This document shows positions 43,136-52,451 of a DNA stretch of 64,000 bases, in pieces. Position 1 is the stretch's first letter. Each line of letters begins with the position of its first letter. The DNA is taken from positions 96,001-160,000 of the forward strand of contig CAWEWF010000001.1 in NCBI GenBank assembly GCA_963812605.1. The letters are read 5' to 3'. A program made the translations under genes and the position numbers. The notes under the pieces were generated by a model. That model did not search any database. It worked only from the letters and a program-made list of their open reading frames with translations, and was not told the DNA's origin. Source of the DNA: an uncultured Verrucomicrobiae bacterium. Lineage in GTDB: Bacteria > Verrucomicrobiota > Verrucomicrobiia > Palsa-1439.

Positions 43136-43489
43136 ATGAATGAGCCGTCTACGTCCGATCAGACAAACCACCGATTTGCCGAGGCCGTGCGGGCCTATGC
43201 CCCGATTGTGCCACGGAAGTGGCAGAAGTTTCTCACGCTCAAGCCGGGGATTGCCGAGCTTCGACGCAAGGGCGCGTCGTACCAGGCCATCACGGAAATT
43301 CTGCGTGCCGCCGATGTGCCGGTCTCGCGCACGACTGTCGCGCGGTTTTGCCGGGCTGTGCTGCGCCCATCCCATCGATGGAAGCAGCGCCGTCCTGCTT
43401 CCCGAAACTCGCCGTCTCAACCACAGTCCTCTTTTGTGGCGCCCGTGAACACCAGCGGGCCACGGATCGCCGATCCCCGGATCATTTAG
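43136..43489 (+). CDS. Small basic DNA-binding protein (TraK/StbA-like HTH, tentative)
   Basis: IAELRRKGASYQAITEIL...VSRTTVARF followed by a low-complexity tail. Confidence 0.5.
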   Translation: MNEPSTSDQTNHRFAEAVRAYAPIVPRKWQKFLTLKPGIAELRRKGASYQAITEILRAADVPVSRTTVARFCRAVLRPSHRWKQRRPASRNSPSQPQSSFVAPVNTSGPRIADPRII

Positions 43490-43757
43490 CCATGCAACGG
43501 CAGCTAAAGATCGTCTCGGCCTCGGCGCGGGTTGCACCCGATTATACAGCTCGGTTGCGGTTGGCTTGTCGGCAAGGCAGATGGCCGGGCCTGGGGATGA
43601 ATGCGGCTGTAGGGAGAATAAATCGACCGAATGCTTGTTGGGCTCGCAGGCCGGGTGTGGGGAGGTTTCGTGTTGGATTTGCTTACTGATTTTGCTACAA
43701 GCAAGTTGCCGCTGCATTGACCCGTCCTGGTGAGAAGAATTCTGTTGGGAGATAATT

Positions 43758-45427
43758 ATGGCAAAATCGGAAGCAAACGAAACGGGCATCGGATTTGAAG
43801 ATACTCTCTGGGCCACTGCCGACAAGTTGCGCGGCACGGTTGATGCCGCAGAATACAAGCACGTTGTTCTGGGCCTGCTGTTCCTCAAATACGTCTCGGA
43901 TGCTTTCGAGTCCCGCCGCGAGGCGTTGAAGGTCGAGTTAGAGCACGACGGCATCGCCGCCGCTCAGATCGAATCGCCTGCTCGAAAGCCGCGACGAATA
44001 CACCGCTGAGCACGTCTTCTGGGTGCCGCCGGAGTCGCGCTGGCCGAACCTACGCGCCCAGGCCCGGCAGGCCAACATCGCCACGCTGATCGACGACGCG
44101 ATCCTGGCCGTCGAGCGCGACAACCCGAACCTTAAGGGCAAGCTGCCACGCGACTACGCCCGCCGCGGCATCGAGCCGGTACAAGCATGGAGGCCTGATC
44201 GATCTCGATCGCCGACATAGGCTTCAAGGGCGACCGCGCCAAGGCCCGCGACACGCTGGGCCGGGTCTACGAATACTTCCTCGGCAAATTCGCCGCGCGG
44301 AAGGCAAGCTTGGCGGCGAGTTCTACACCCCGCGCTGCGTCGTGCGAGTGCTCGTCGAAATGCTCGAGCCTTACAACGGCCGCGTCTACGATCCGTGCTG
44401 CGGCTCGGGCGGCATGTTCGTGCAGTCGGAGAAGTTCGTGGAAGCCCACGGCGGCGCGAAGAGCGACATCTCCATCTTCGGCCAGGAATCCAACCCCACC
44501 ACCTGGCGGCTGGCGCACATGAACCTCGCCATTCGCGGCATCGAGGCCAATCTCGGCGCGCAGCCCGCCGACACGTTCCTGCGCGATCTGCATCCCGACC
44601 TCAAGGCCGACTACATTCTCGCCAACCCGCCGTTCAACGTCAGCGACTGGTCCGGCCAAATCCTGCGCGGCGACGTCCGCTGGAAATTACGGGACCCGCC
44701 CGTGGGCAACGCCAACTACGCCTGGATTCAGCACTTCATCCATCATCTGGCCCCGCCAACGGGCGCGGCGGCGGCGTGGCCGGGCTTCGTCATGGCCAAC
44801 GGCTCGCTGTCCAGCAACACCGGCGGCGAAGGCGAAATCCGCCGCAAGCATCGTCGAGGCCGACTTGGTGGACTGCATCGTCGCGCTGCCGGCACAACTT
44901 TTTTACACCACCGGCATTCCCGTCTGCCTCTGGTTCCTGACGCCGCGACAAGACGGGCAAAAATCCACAAAGGCGCACCCGAACGTCCCGGCGGCCGCAA
45001 GGGCGAGACCCTCTTCATCGACGCCCGCAAGATAGGAACGCTGGAAACCCGTACGCTGCGCGTGCTTTCGGGGGATGTCGAGGGTGACGTGCCACCCGAT
45101 TCCGATACCGGACGCATCGTGTACGCATTCCGCCGCTGGCGCGGTGAGCCGAAGCCTCCTACCTGGGATGAGGCAAAGCACGGGCCATGGGCTTACGCCG
45201 ACGAGCCAGGTTTCTGCAAGGCCGCGCCACTAACCGAGATCGAGAAACACGGCTTTGTCCTGACACCCGGGCCCTACGTTGGTGCCGAAGAAGCGGAGGA
45301 CGACGACGAGCCATTCGAGGTGAAATACCCGAGACTGCTGGCAGAGTTAGAGGAGCAGTTGGCCGAGGGCGAGAGGCTAACGGCGGTGGTGAAGAAAAAG
45401 CTGGGGGGCATCAGCGATGGCAGCTGA
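43758..45427 (+). CDS. hsdM: Type I R-M methyltransferase subunit (multiple frameshifts)
   Basis: [47 protein letters not shown] distributed over several frames. Confidence 0.9.
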
Positions 45428-46634
45428 GTGGCGAGATGCGATTCTGGGAGAATTTGTCGTTCTGCAGCGAGGTCACGATCTCACTGAGCCTGAACGCAGA
45501 AAAGGTAGCGTACCTGTCATGGGTTCCGCCGGACAGAACGGTTTCCATGATACAGCGTTAGCGAAAGGTCCTGGCGTTGTCATCGGTCGCAGTGGTGCTT
45601 CATTTGGGCAAGTTCATTATAGCGAGGTAGACTACTGGCCGCATAACACGGCGCTATATGTCACTGATTTCAAAGGGAATGATCCCCGGTTTGCCTTCTA
45701 CTTTCTCAAGTCGATCGATTTCTCTCGCTACAACTCTGGAAGCGCACAACAGTCTCTCAACCGAAACTTCATTTATCCGATTGCCGTTCGAGTCCCTCCT
45801 TTACCCGAACAACACGCTATTGCGGAGGTGCTAGGGGCGTTGGACGACAAGATAAAATCTAACCATCAAACAAGCCGAACACTAGAGCGATTAGCGCGGG
45901 CGATATTCCGGACGTGGTTCGTGGATTTTGAGCCGGTGAAGGCTAAGGCCACCGGGGCGCACTCCTTCCCCAGCATGCCCCAAGAAGTATTCGACACCCT
46001 TCCCACACGTCTCATCGACTCCGACCTCGGGCCGATGCCTGAAGGATGGAAGGTGGGAAGTATCGGCGATGCAGTGACGGTACGTGGTGGTGGCACACCC
46101 AGAACGAAAGTTGAGGAATACTGGGAAGGCGGCACCCATTGTTGGCTAACTCCCAAAGACCTTTCGGGAAAGCAGGATCCTATTCTACTGTCGACTGACC
46201 GAAAGATTACTGACAAGGGCTTGGAAAGTATAAGCTCCGGCCTTCTGCCAGTCGGGACGGTTCTCCTGTCGTCACGCGCGCCGTGGGGTACCTCGTCATT
46301 TCCGGAGTTCCAACGGCGATCAATCAGGGTTTCATTGCCATGGTCTGCGAAGGTTCCGCTACCTCCCCTCTACGTCTATCACTGGACGCAGTCGGTTATG
46401 GATGAAATCAAGAGCCGAGCGAGCGGAACCACATTCCCAGAGATCAGCAAGACGGCCTTTCGTCCGATTCGTGTTGTGATTCCTGCCAGAGGTCTTCTTG
46501 TTGCGTTTGAGGATTTGGTGGCGCCAATGTTTAACCGAATCGCGGCTACTTGCCGAGAGACCGCTAAACTTGCCGCATTGCGCGACTACCTTTTACCGCG
46601 ACTGTTATCCGGAAATGTGAGGGTCCCGATGTGA
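45417..46634 (+). CDS. hsdS: Type I R-M specificity subunit
   Basis: Two TRDs; PPLPEQ...LDDKI, GGGTP, LRDYLLPRLLSG; compensating frameshift pair near 46283 and 46350. Confidence 0.92.
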   Translation: MAAEWRDAILGEFVVLQRGHDLTEPERRKGSVPVMGSAGQNGFHDTALAKGPGVVIGRSGASFGQVHYSEVDYWPHNTALYVTDFKGNDPRFAFYFLKSIDFSRYNSGSAQQSLNRNFIYPIAVRVPPLPEQHAIAEVLGALDDKIKSNHQTSRTLERLARAIFRTWFVDFEPVKAKATGAHSFPSMPQEVFDTLPTRLIDSDLGPMPEGWKVGSIGDAVTVRGGGTPRTKVEEYWEGGTHCWLTPKDLSGKQDPILLSTDRKITDKGLESISSGLLPVGTVLLSSRAPWGTSSFPEFQRRSIRVSLPWSAKVPLPPLYVYHWTQSVMDEIKSRASGTTFPEISKTAFRPIRVVIPARGLLVAFEDLVAPMFNRIAATCRETAKLAALRDYLLPRLLSGNVRVPM

Positions 46635-47762
46635 GTGAGACGACCGCCGGTAATCAACCCGAGTCGGAATCTCTGACGCCTGCGAGTAGTCTAATCGAGT
46701 GGCGAAGTACCCGTGAAGAGGCCCGGTACCGGGAATGGTGCGTGACCACGTATGAAATGGTCGAATTGGGGCCGGAGAGTTTTCATCCTGCAGATATACT
46801 TGATAAGTTGGGCACTGACGCCGCTCGCCGAGGGCGAGCGGAGGCCTACGCCTCGTTTCGCAACGAGGTGGAAGAGAAGGTCTGCGAACAATTTCCTTCC
46901 CCCGTAGCAGTCCCCTTTCATGCATTTTTGCATGGAACCTAGTGACCCGCTTCAGCGTCTTCACCGACTTCGTGACGCATGGGAGGGGCTAATTCAACTT
47001 ATCTGCGCCCTATCCTTGGCAGAAGCTGCCGACTCACACTCAGGCATTTCAGGTTTCAAGATCCGTGAAAGCGAGCAGGTGAGTCCGAGGGACTGTAGGG
47101 CGAGAGACTTGGTGAGCGACAAGCTTGCCACACGGATAGGAATAACCGAGGCGCTGTTGAGCCGATTTCGAGTCTTAAACATCGCGACGGAGCTAACTGG
47201 GCTTCTACCACCCGGGATTATTTCAGAAATACGCAGACTCAACTCTGTGAGAAATGAGTTTTCTCACAGTGGGGCGTTGTCGGACATTCAAGCAGTTGCC
47301 TTCATCGATGAAATCTATCCATTATTCAGGGAGATTTTAATTGACGTGGCGGATTTGCCGACTTTTGCATTGATGAGATTGCGGACCATTCGAGCTGGTA
47401 GCCCGTCGGTGGCTGAAGTAGAGTCCCTTACCGGACATGCATTGAGCCGCCGAGTCCGTTCACTTGGGCTCGCAGCGTCTGCTTCCCCCGTCGTTCTGGC
47501 TGCGGGACGGGTGGGAGGCTTGGATCGGGTTCTCGTGCAAGTTGGTTCACGAATACTTGATCTTTCTCCCTTCTACTATGCGTGCGATGACGAGAGCGGG
47601 CATCGAACGCGAGTGGTCTTCTTCAAGGTAAAGAGGGATGGTAAATGGAAATTTGAGATCGTTGGAGAGTCCACGACAATCGACTACGATTCACCTGCCC
47701 AGGACAATCAACTGCATCGATTCGACACGACTCTTGGCAATCAAGAAAGCACACAGAAATGA
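46631..47762 (+). CDS. HEPN-motif protein between hsdS and hsdR (frameshift near 46935)
   Basis: Two ORFs join into about 375 aa; RNEFSH matches HEPN RxxxxH; start and stop overlap hsdS and hsdR. Confidence 0.6.
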
Positions 47763-50700
47763 CGGCTTCATATCTTTCTGAATCCGCCGTGGAAGATGTC
47801 GCCATAGATATCTTTGGCTCACTGCGGTATACCTCTCTGCGCGGCACGGAGGTGGACAGCGCGTTGCTCGGTAAACGTCTCGGTGAAGCCGTTCACAAAA
47901 TAAATCCCGTGTTCCCGCCTGAAACCGTTGAGCAAGTCGTACGGATAGTGCAGCGTCCGCCACACCCGACACTGATCGAGAACAACCGCTGGTTGCACGG
48001 CCTGCTGACCGATGGCGTAGAGGTAGAATATCGCGACACCACAACGGGTGAGAACCGGGGCGGACGGGCGCGGCTTGTGGATTTCGACAACCCGGCCAAC
48101 AATGATTTCCTCGTGGTGCGCCAACTGACGGTGGCCGCGGCCAACGGTAAGTTGATCCGCCTCGATCTGGTTGTCTACGTGAACGGCCTGCCACTGGCGG
48201 TGATCGAACTGAAGGATCCGACGGATGAGGGCGCGGACCTTGGGACAGCAATCGATCAACTTGATCGTTACGTGCACACCGCGCCTGACCTATTCGTGTC
48301 CAACATGCTGCTGGTGGCGAGCGATGGTCTGCTAACGCGCGTTGGCTCGATCACCAGCGGGCGGCAGCGCTTCATGCCGTGGCGTCCAGCTAGAGGTGGT
48401 GACCCGACGCTGGAGGCGCTGATACGCGGCGCGTTCGAGCCGGTGGCGTTGCTCGATTACCTACGCTCATGCGTGGTGTTTGAAGAGGATGAGCGCGGGA
48501 ACATCGCGAAGAAGGTTGCGGGCTATCATCAATTTCGCGCTGTCCGTGATACCCGTGCCAAGATACTGGCTGCGTTGAAGCCTCCGGCGGGTATCAACAC
48601 GACCTCCGAAGCGGGCAAAGGTGGCGTGGTATGGCACACGCAAGGTTCGGGCAAGTCGCTCACGATGCTGATGCTCGCAGGCGCGCTGATTCGCGAACCG
48701 GCAATGGCCAACCCAACCATTGTCATGGTGACGGACCGCAACGACCTGGACGCCCAGCTTTTCGGAACCTTCGCGGGTGGACGAGCTTTGCTTCGCCAGG
48801 ATCCAGTGCAGGCCGAAAGCCGGGCACATCTTCAAGAGTTGCTGGATCGTGCGTCTGGCGGCGTAATCTTCACCACTATCTTCAAGTTCACGGAAGACCA
48901 TGGGGTTATCAGCGACCGGGCCAACGTGGTGGTGATGGCCGACGAAGCGCACCGGAGCCAGTACGGTTTCACGGAAGGTGGCGCACGCTGGATGCGCGAG
49001 GCGCTGCCCAACGCAACGTTTGTTGGCTTCACCGGGACGCCGCTGGACCGCGACGACCGCAGCACGCCGCGTGTGTTCGGAGAATACGCCGACATCTACG
49101 ACATCCGCCAGTCGGTGGAGGACGGCGCGACCAAGCCGATCTACTACGAGTCGAGGATTATCAAGCTGTTGGTGAACGAAGCCGGCGCAAAAGCCGCCGA
49201 AGCTGAGTTGGACGCGGCAGCCAAGGCATCGGCAACAGGCGAGGACTTGGACGAAACGGTGCGCGTGCCCCTGGAAGCCCTCGTGGGGGCGCCGGAACGT
49301 CTGGATCGCGTGGCGGCGTTCATCGTGGAACACTGGGAAAAGCGCCGGGCCGCTATGGAAGGCAAGGCGATGGTCGTCACGATGAGTCGCGAGATCTGCA
49401 TGGCCTTATATGATCGGATCGTAGCCCTCCGCCCGGATTGGCATGCTGACGATGACGCACATGGCTTTGTCAAGGTAGTGATGGATGCGGGCATTCCCCC
49501 TCAGCGCCGTGGGGAGAGTGCGGAAGCATACGAAAAGAGAATCGAACCTCTGATCGAACCGATTCGTTACCACGGTAGAACGAAAGCGGCCCGGCAGCGG
49601 CTGTCTGATCGATACAAGGATCCGGCGGATGACTTCCGCTTGGTAATTGTCTGTGACATGTGGTTGACCGGTTTTGACTGCCCACCGATGCACACGATGT
49701 ATTTGGACAAGGCTCTGGCGGGGCACAGTCTGATGCAGGCCATTGCCCGCGTAAACCGCGTGTACGGCGAAAAGCCAGGCGGGCTGGTGGTGGATTTGCT
49801 GGGGCTAGCGGACCAACTAGCCGACGCGCTGGCCACCTACACGCAAGCGGGCGGGCGGGGCGAGGCCGTGAAGAAGGTTCAGGACGAGGCCGTGCCGGCG
49901 ATGGTGGGGGCATTCGAGAAGTTGCGGGCGTTCTTCCATGACTTCGATTACGGGCAAGCTCTCAACGCCGCGCCGTCGTCGGTACTGAAAGTGTATGCCG
50001 ACGCTGCGAATCACGTCTTCCTGCAGGACGATGGGTGGAAACGGTTCCGTACGATGGTGAAGGAACTATCAACGGCATTCGCCCTCGTGGTACCGCGGCC
50101 CGAAGCGGAACCCATCACGCCACACCTGGCGTTCTTCCAGCGAGTCCAGGCGATGATTCGTAAGCGGCTGGCGGATGAAGGCGGTTCGGGCTCGCCTACG
50201 AGGCGATCTACCGACATCGACGCCGCAGTCCGCCAAGTCATCGGCGGAGCCGTGGACGCCGGGGAAGTGATCGACCTTTTTGCAGCTGCGGGACTGGAAG
50301 ATGCCAGGCTTGATATTTTCTCCGAGGAGTTCCTAACACGGGTTGCCGCGCTGGAGCAGAAGAATCTCGCGCTGGAGACACTCCGCAAATTGCTGACCGA
50401 TCAAATTCGCAGCACCGAGCGAACCAATCTGGTCCAGAGTAAGAAGTTCCGCGAAGCCCTCGAAGAGGCAATGTTGCGCTATACCAACAAAGTCATCACG
50501 ACCGCCGAGATGATCACGCGCTTGCTGGATCTCGCGAAGTGGGTGCGCGACGTGCAAAACCGTGGTCAGGAACTCGGCCTCAGCACCGAGGAAACGGCGT
50601 TCTATGATGCCATCGCAGAGAATGAGTCGGCGCGCAAGGCGATGGAGAATGACAAACTGCGCCTGATGGCGCGGGAACTTGCGGAGATGGTGAAGCGATT

Positions 50701-50863
50701 GCCCAAGCTCGACTGGTCTCAACGTGAGTCGGTCCGTGCAGATTTGCGGCGGCAGGTGCGGCGGTTGTTGGCTCGCTACGGCTACCCGCCCGATCTATCA
50801 GAGGACGCTACGCAGCTTGTGCTGAAGCAAGCGGAACTCTCGACGGCGAATGGAGAACATTAG
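47759..50863 (+). CDS. hsdR: Type I R-M restriction subunit
   Basis: NGLPLAVIELK nuclease motif, WHTQGSGKS, DEAHRSQY, FTGTP, MWLTGFD, QAIARVNR. Confidence 0.96.
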   Translation: MTASYLSESAVEDVAIDIFGSLRYTSLRGTEVDSALLGKRLGEAVHKINPVFPPETVEQVVRIVQRPPHPTLIENNRWLHGLLTDGVEVEYRDTTTGENRGGRARLVDFDNPANNDFLVVRQLTVAAANGKLIRLDLVVYVNGLPLAVIELKDPTDEGADLGTAIDQLDRYVHTAPDLFVSNMLLVASDGLLTRVGSITSGRQRFMPWRPARGGDPTLEALIRGAFEPVALLDYLRSCVVFEEDERGNIAKKVAGYHQFRAVRDTRAKILAALKPPAGINTTSEAGKGGVVWHTQGSGKSLTMLMLAGALIREPAMANPTIVMVTDRNDLDAQLFGTFAGGRALLRQDPVQAESRAHLQELLDRASGGVIFTTIFKFTEDHGVISDRANVVVMADEAHRSQYGFTEGGARWMREALPNATFVGFTGTPLDRDDRSTPRVFGEYADIYDIRQSVEDGATKPIYYESRIIKLLVNEAGAKAAEAELDAAAKASATGEDLDETVRVPLEALVGAPERLDRVAAFIVEHWEKRRAAMEGKAMVVTMSREICMALYDRIVALRPDWHADDDAHGFVKVVMDAGIPPQRRGESAEAYEKRIEPLIEPIRYHGRTKAARQRLSDRYKDPADDFRLVIVCDMWLTGFDCPPMHTMYLDKALAGHSLMQAIARVNRVYGEKPGGLVVDLLGLADQLADALATYTQAGGRGEAVKKVQDEAVPAMVGAFEKLRAFFHDFDYGQALNAAPSSVLKVYADAANHVFLQDDGWKRFRTMVKELSTAFALVVPRPEAEPITPHLAFFQRVQAMIRKRLADEGGSGSPTRRSTDIDAAVRQVIGGAVDAGEVIDLFAAAGLEDARLDIFSEEFLTRVAALEQKNLALETLRKLLTDQIRSTERTNLVQSKKFREALEEAMLRYTNKVITTAEMITRLLDLAKWVRDVQNRGQELGLSTEETAFYDAIAENESARKAMENDKLRLMARELAEMVKRLPKLDWSQRESVRADLRRQVRRLLARYGYPPDLSEDATQLVLKQAELSTANGEH

Positions 50864-50896
50864 GGCTATTCTCGAAGAAAAAGTTCCGGTGCCCCC

Positions 50897-51641
50897 ATGT
50901 CTTCAAAGAAGAGAACTGGACGGACATTCACAGAAGCCGAGTTCGTCAAGCTCTTCCAAGAGGTGCGACAGGACATCAACGCTTTGCTGCTCCACGATGA
51001 AGTATACTCCGGCGTCATCGAACACTTGAAACGGTATCCGCGTGTTCTTCACAATTTCCCGGCGGTTTTCGGGACGTTCCTGACAGCGGCGCGGACAGAC
51101 ATGATCATCCGACTCGGCCGCATCTATGACCCGGAAGGCACTGGACACGAATCCTGCACGTTGGCGCGGAGTCTCCAGGTGCTACGTGACAGCCCAAGTT
51201 TTTTCACTGATGCGGCCATCACCGCCCGGGCTGAGCGAGGCATACCGAAGGTCCAATCCGGGCTGCCTGCGCTTCCATCGCCTCGACAGCGGACGGGTCA
51301 CGAAGGATTTGGGGCAAATTGAGCGCAGCCGGAAACGTTTGATTAAACTGCGCCACAAACTCTACGCCCACAAAGACCTCGATACGATCCTTTCCGGCAA
51401 ACGGGACGGCTTTCTGGACTCGCACGGCGAGGTCCGCGCTCTCATCGAGCTGGCGCACGACATCTGGAACTATTACTCACTCATCTGGAATGCTTCCACG
51501 CACTCTGACAAGACCATTGGCGCTGACGATTACCGGTGGCTTTTTGAGTGTCTTCGTCGGGGATTGAAAACCAAGTCGCTTGCTGACCGTTTCCAGTTTG
51601 AACGAATCCAGAAGCGACACAAGCGAAGGAGCAAATCGTGA
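50897..51641 (+). CDS. AbiU2-like HEPN protein (frameshift near 51228)
   Basis: IIRLGRIYD...TL and LRHKLYAHKD (R-x5-H) patterns resembling HEPN_AbiU2; all-helical. Confidence 0.6.
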
Positions 51642-51703
51642 GAACTTGTTTGTACCGCGATTGGCGCATATTGGGGGGGCGCACCTTTCAAAGGGCAGGA
51701 GTG

Positions 51704-52351
51704 ATGAACAATCTGTTACACCGATATGAAGTTACTGTCCGTGATTACGAACAGAACTGGGTGGCTTTGAACAAAGTTTTGTACGATTTGTGCAGACGCT
51801 ATCCAGACCACCAGCGGCGCGACGGCGTGAATGCGAAACTCTGGGTCATCGGACGGACGTATGCGACCGGAATAGAGCGCCAAATCAGAACTCAAGGCAC
51901 TCAGGGCAGTTCAATGACGCAATTGGCTGACCACATTTGGAATCATCGCCGCCAAGTGGACACGAGCCTCCAACCTTTGGGCGCGGTTAAAGAGCCGCTC
52001 GACGTTGAGAAAATCAAACTGATTCTCATGGCCCATGGGCAGTTGCTTAGCGTGATTCAGCCACTACTGCGGACCAAACTGTCACCGCGGACGTTCGTCT
52101 CCAAATACCTCCACTTTCATTGTCCCGCTGTCCCCATTTACGACAATGTTGCCGTGTCGGCTTTACGCGGGCTTTGTCCTTTGAGGAAGAATTTCCAAGT
52201 TATCGTGCTTCCCAAGCAAGCCGATGGGCAGTACGGACGTTACGTGCTGCGTTTTTGGCAGCTTTATCAGGACATGCGGCATAGGGGAGAACCGGTTTCG
52301 GTCAAATTGCTAGATGAATTCCTTCTCGCAACGGTCATGGCGAAGATCTGA
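51704..52351 (+). CDS. Hypothetical protein, putative HhH-superfamily DNA glycosylase-like
   Basis: KLWVIGRTY and FVSKYLHFHCPAVPIYD motifs; defence-island context; start may be 51638. Confidence 0.5.
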   Translation: MNNLLHRYEVTVRDYEQNWVALNKVLYDLCRRYPDHQRRDGVNAKLWVIGRTYATGIERQIRTQGTQGSSMTQLADHIWNHRRQVDTSLQPLGAVKEPLDVEKIKLILMAHGQLLSVIQPLLRTKLSPRTFVSKYLHFHCPAVPIYDNVAVSALRGLCPLRKNFQVIVLPKQADGQYGRYVLRFWQLYQDMRHRGEPVSVKLLDEFLLATVMAKI

Positions 52352-52451
52352 GGCTACTCACATGAAGAGCAAGACAGGCCAGACACAAGGCCGTAAGGGG
52401 CGGACTGCGGGTCGCGCGCTTATCAAAGAGTCGATCCGAAGGCCCCGTACA

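Noticed and set aside
41589-43489. Prophage
   Set aside because: Integrase and excisionase only; no structural, packaging or lysis genes in the window
43758-45427. Programmed frameshifting or phase variation in hsdM
   Set aside because: Shifts are numerous, not at long homopolymers or tandem repeats, and match the error pattern seen in housekeeping genes
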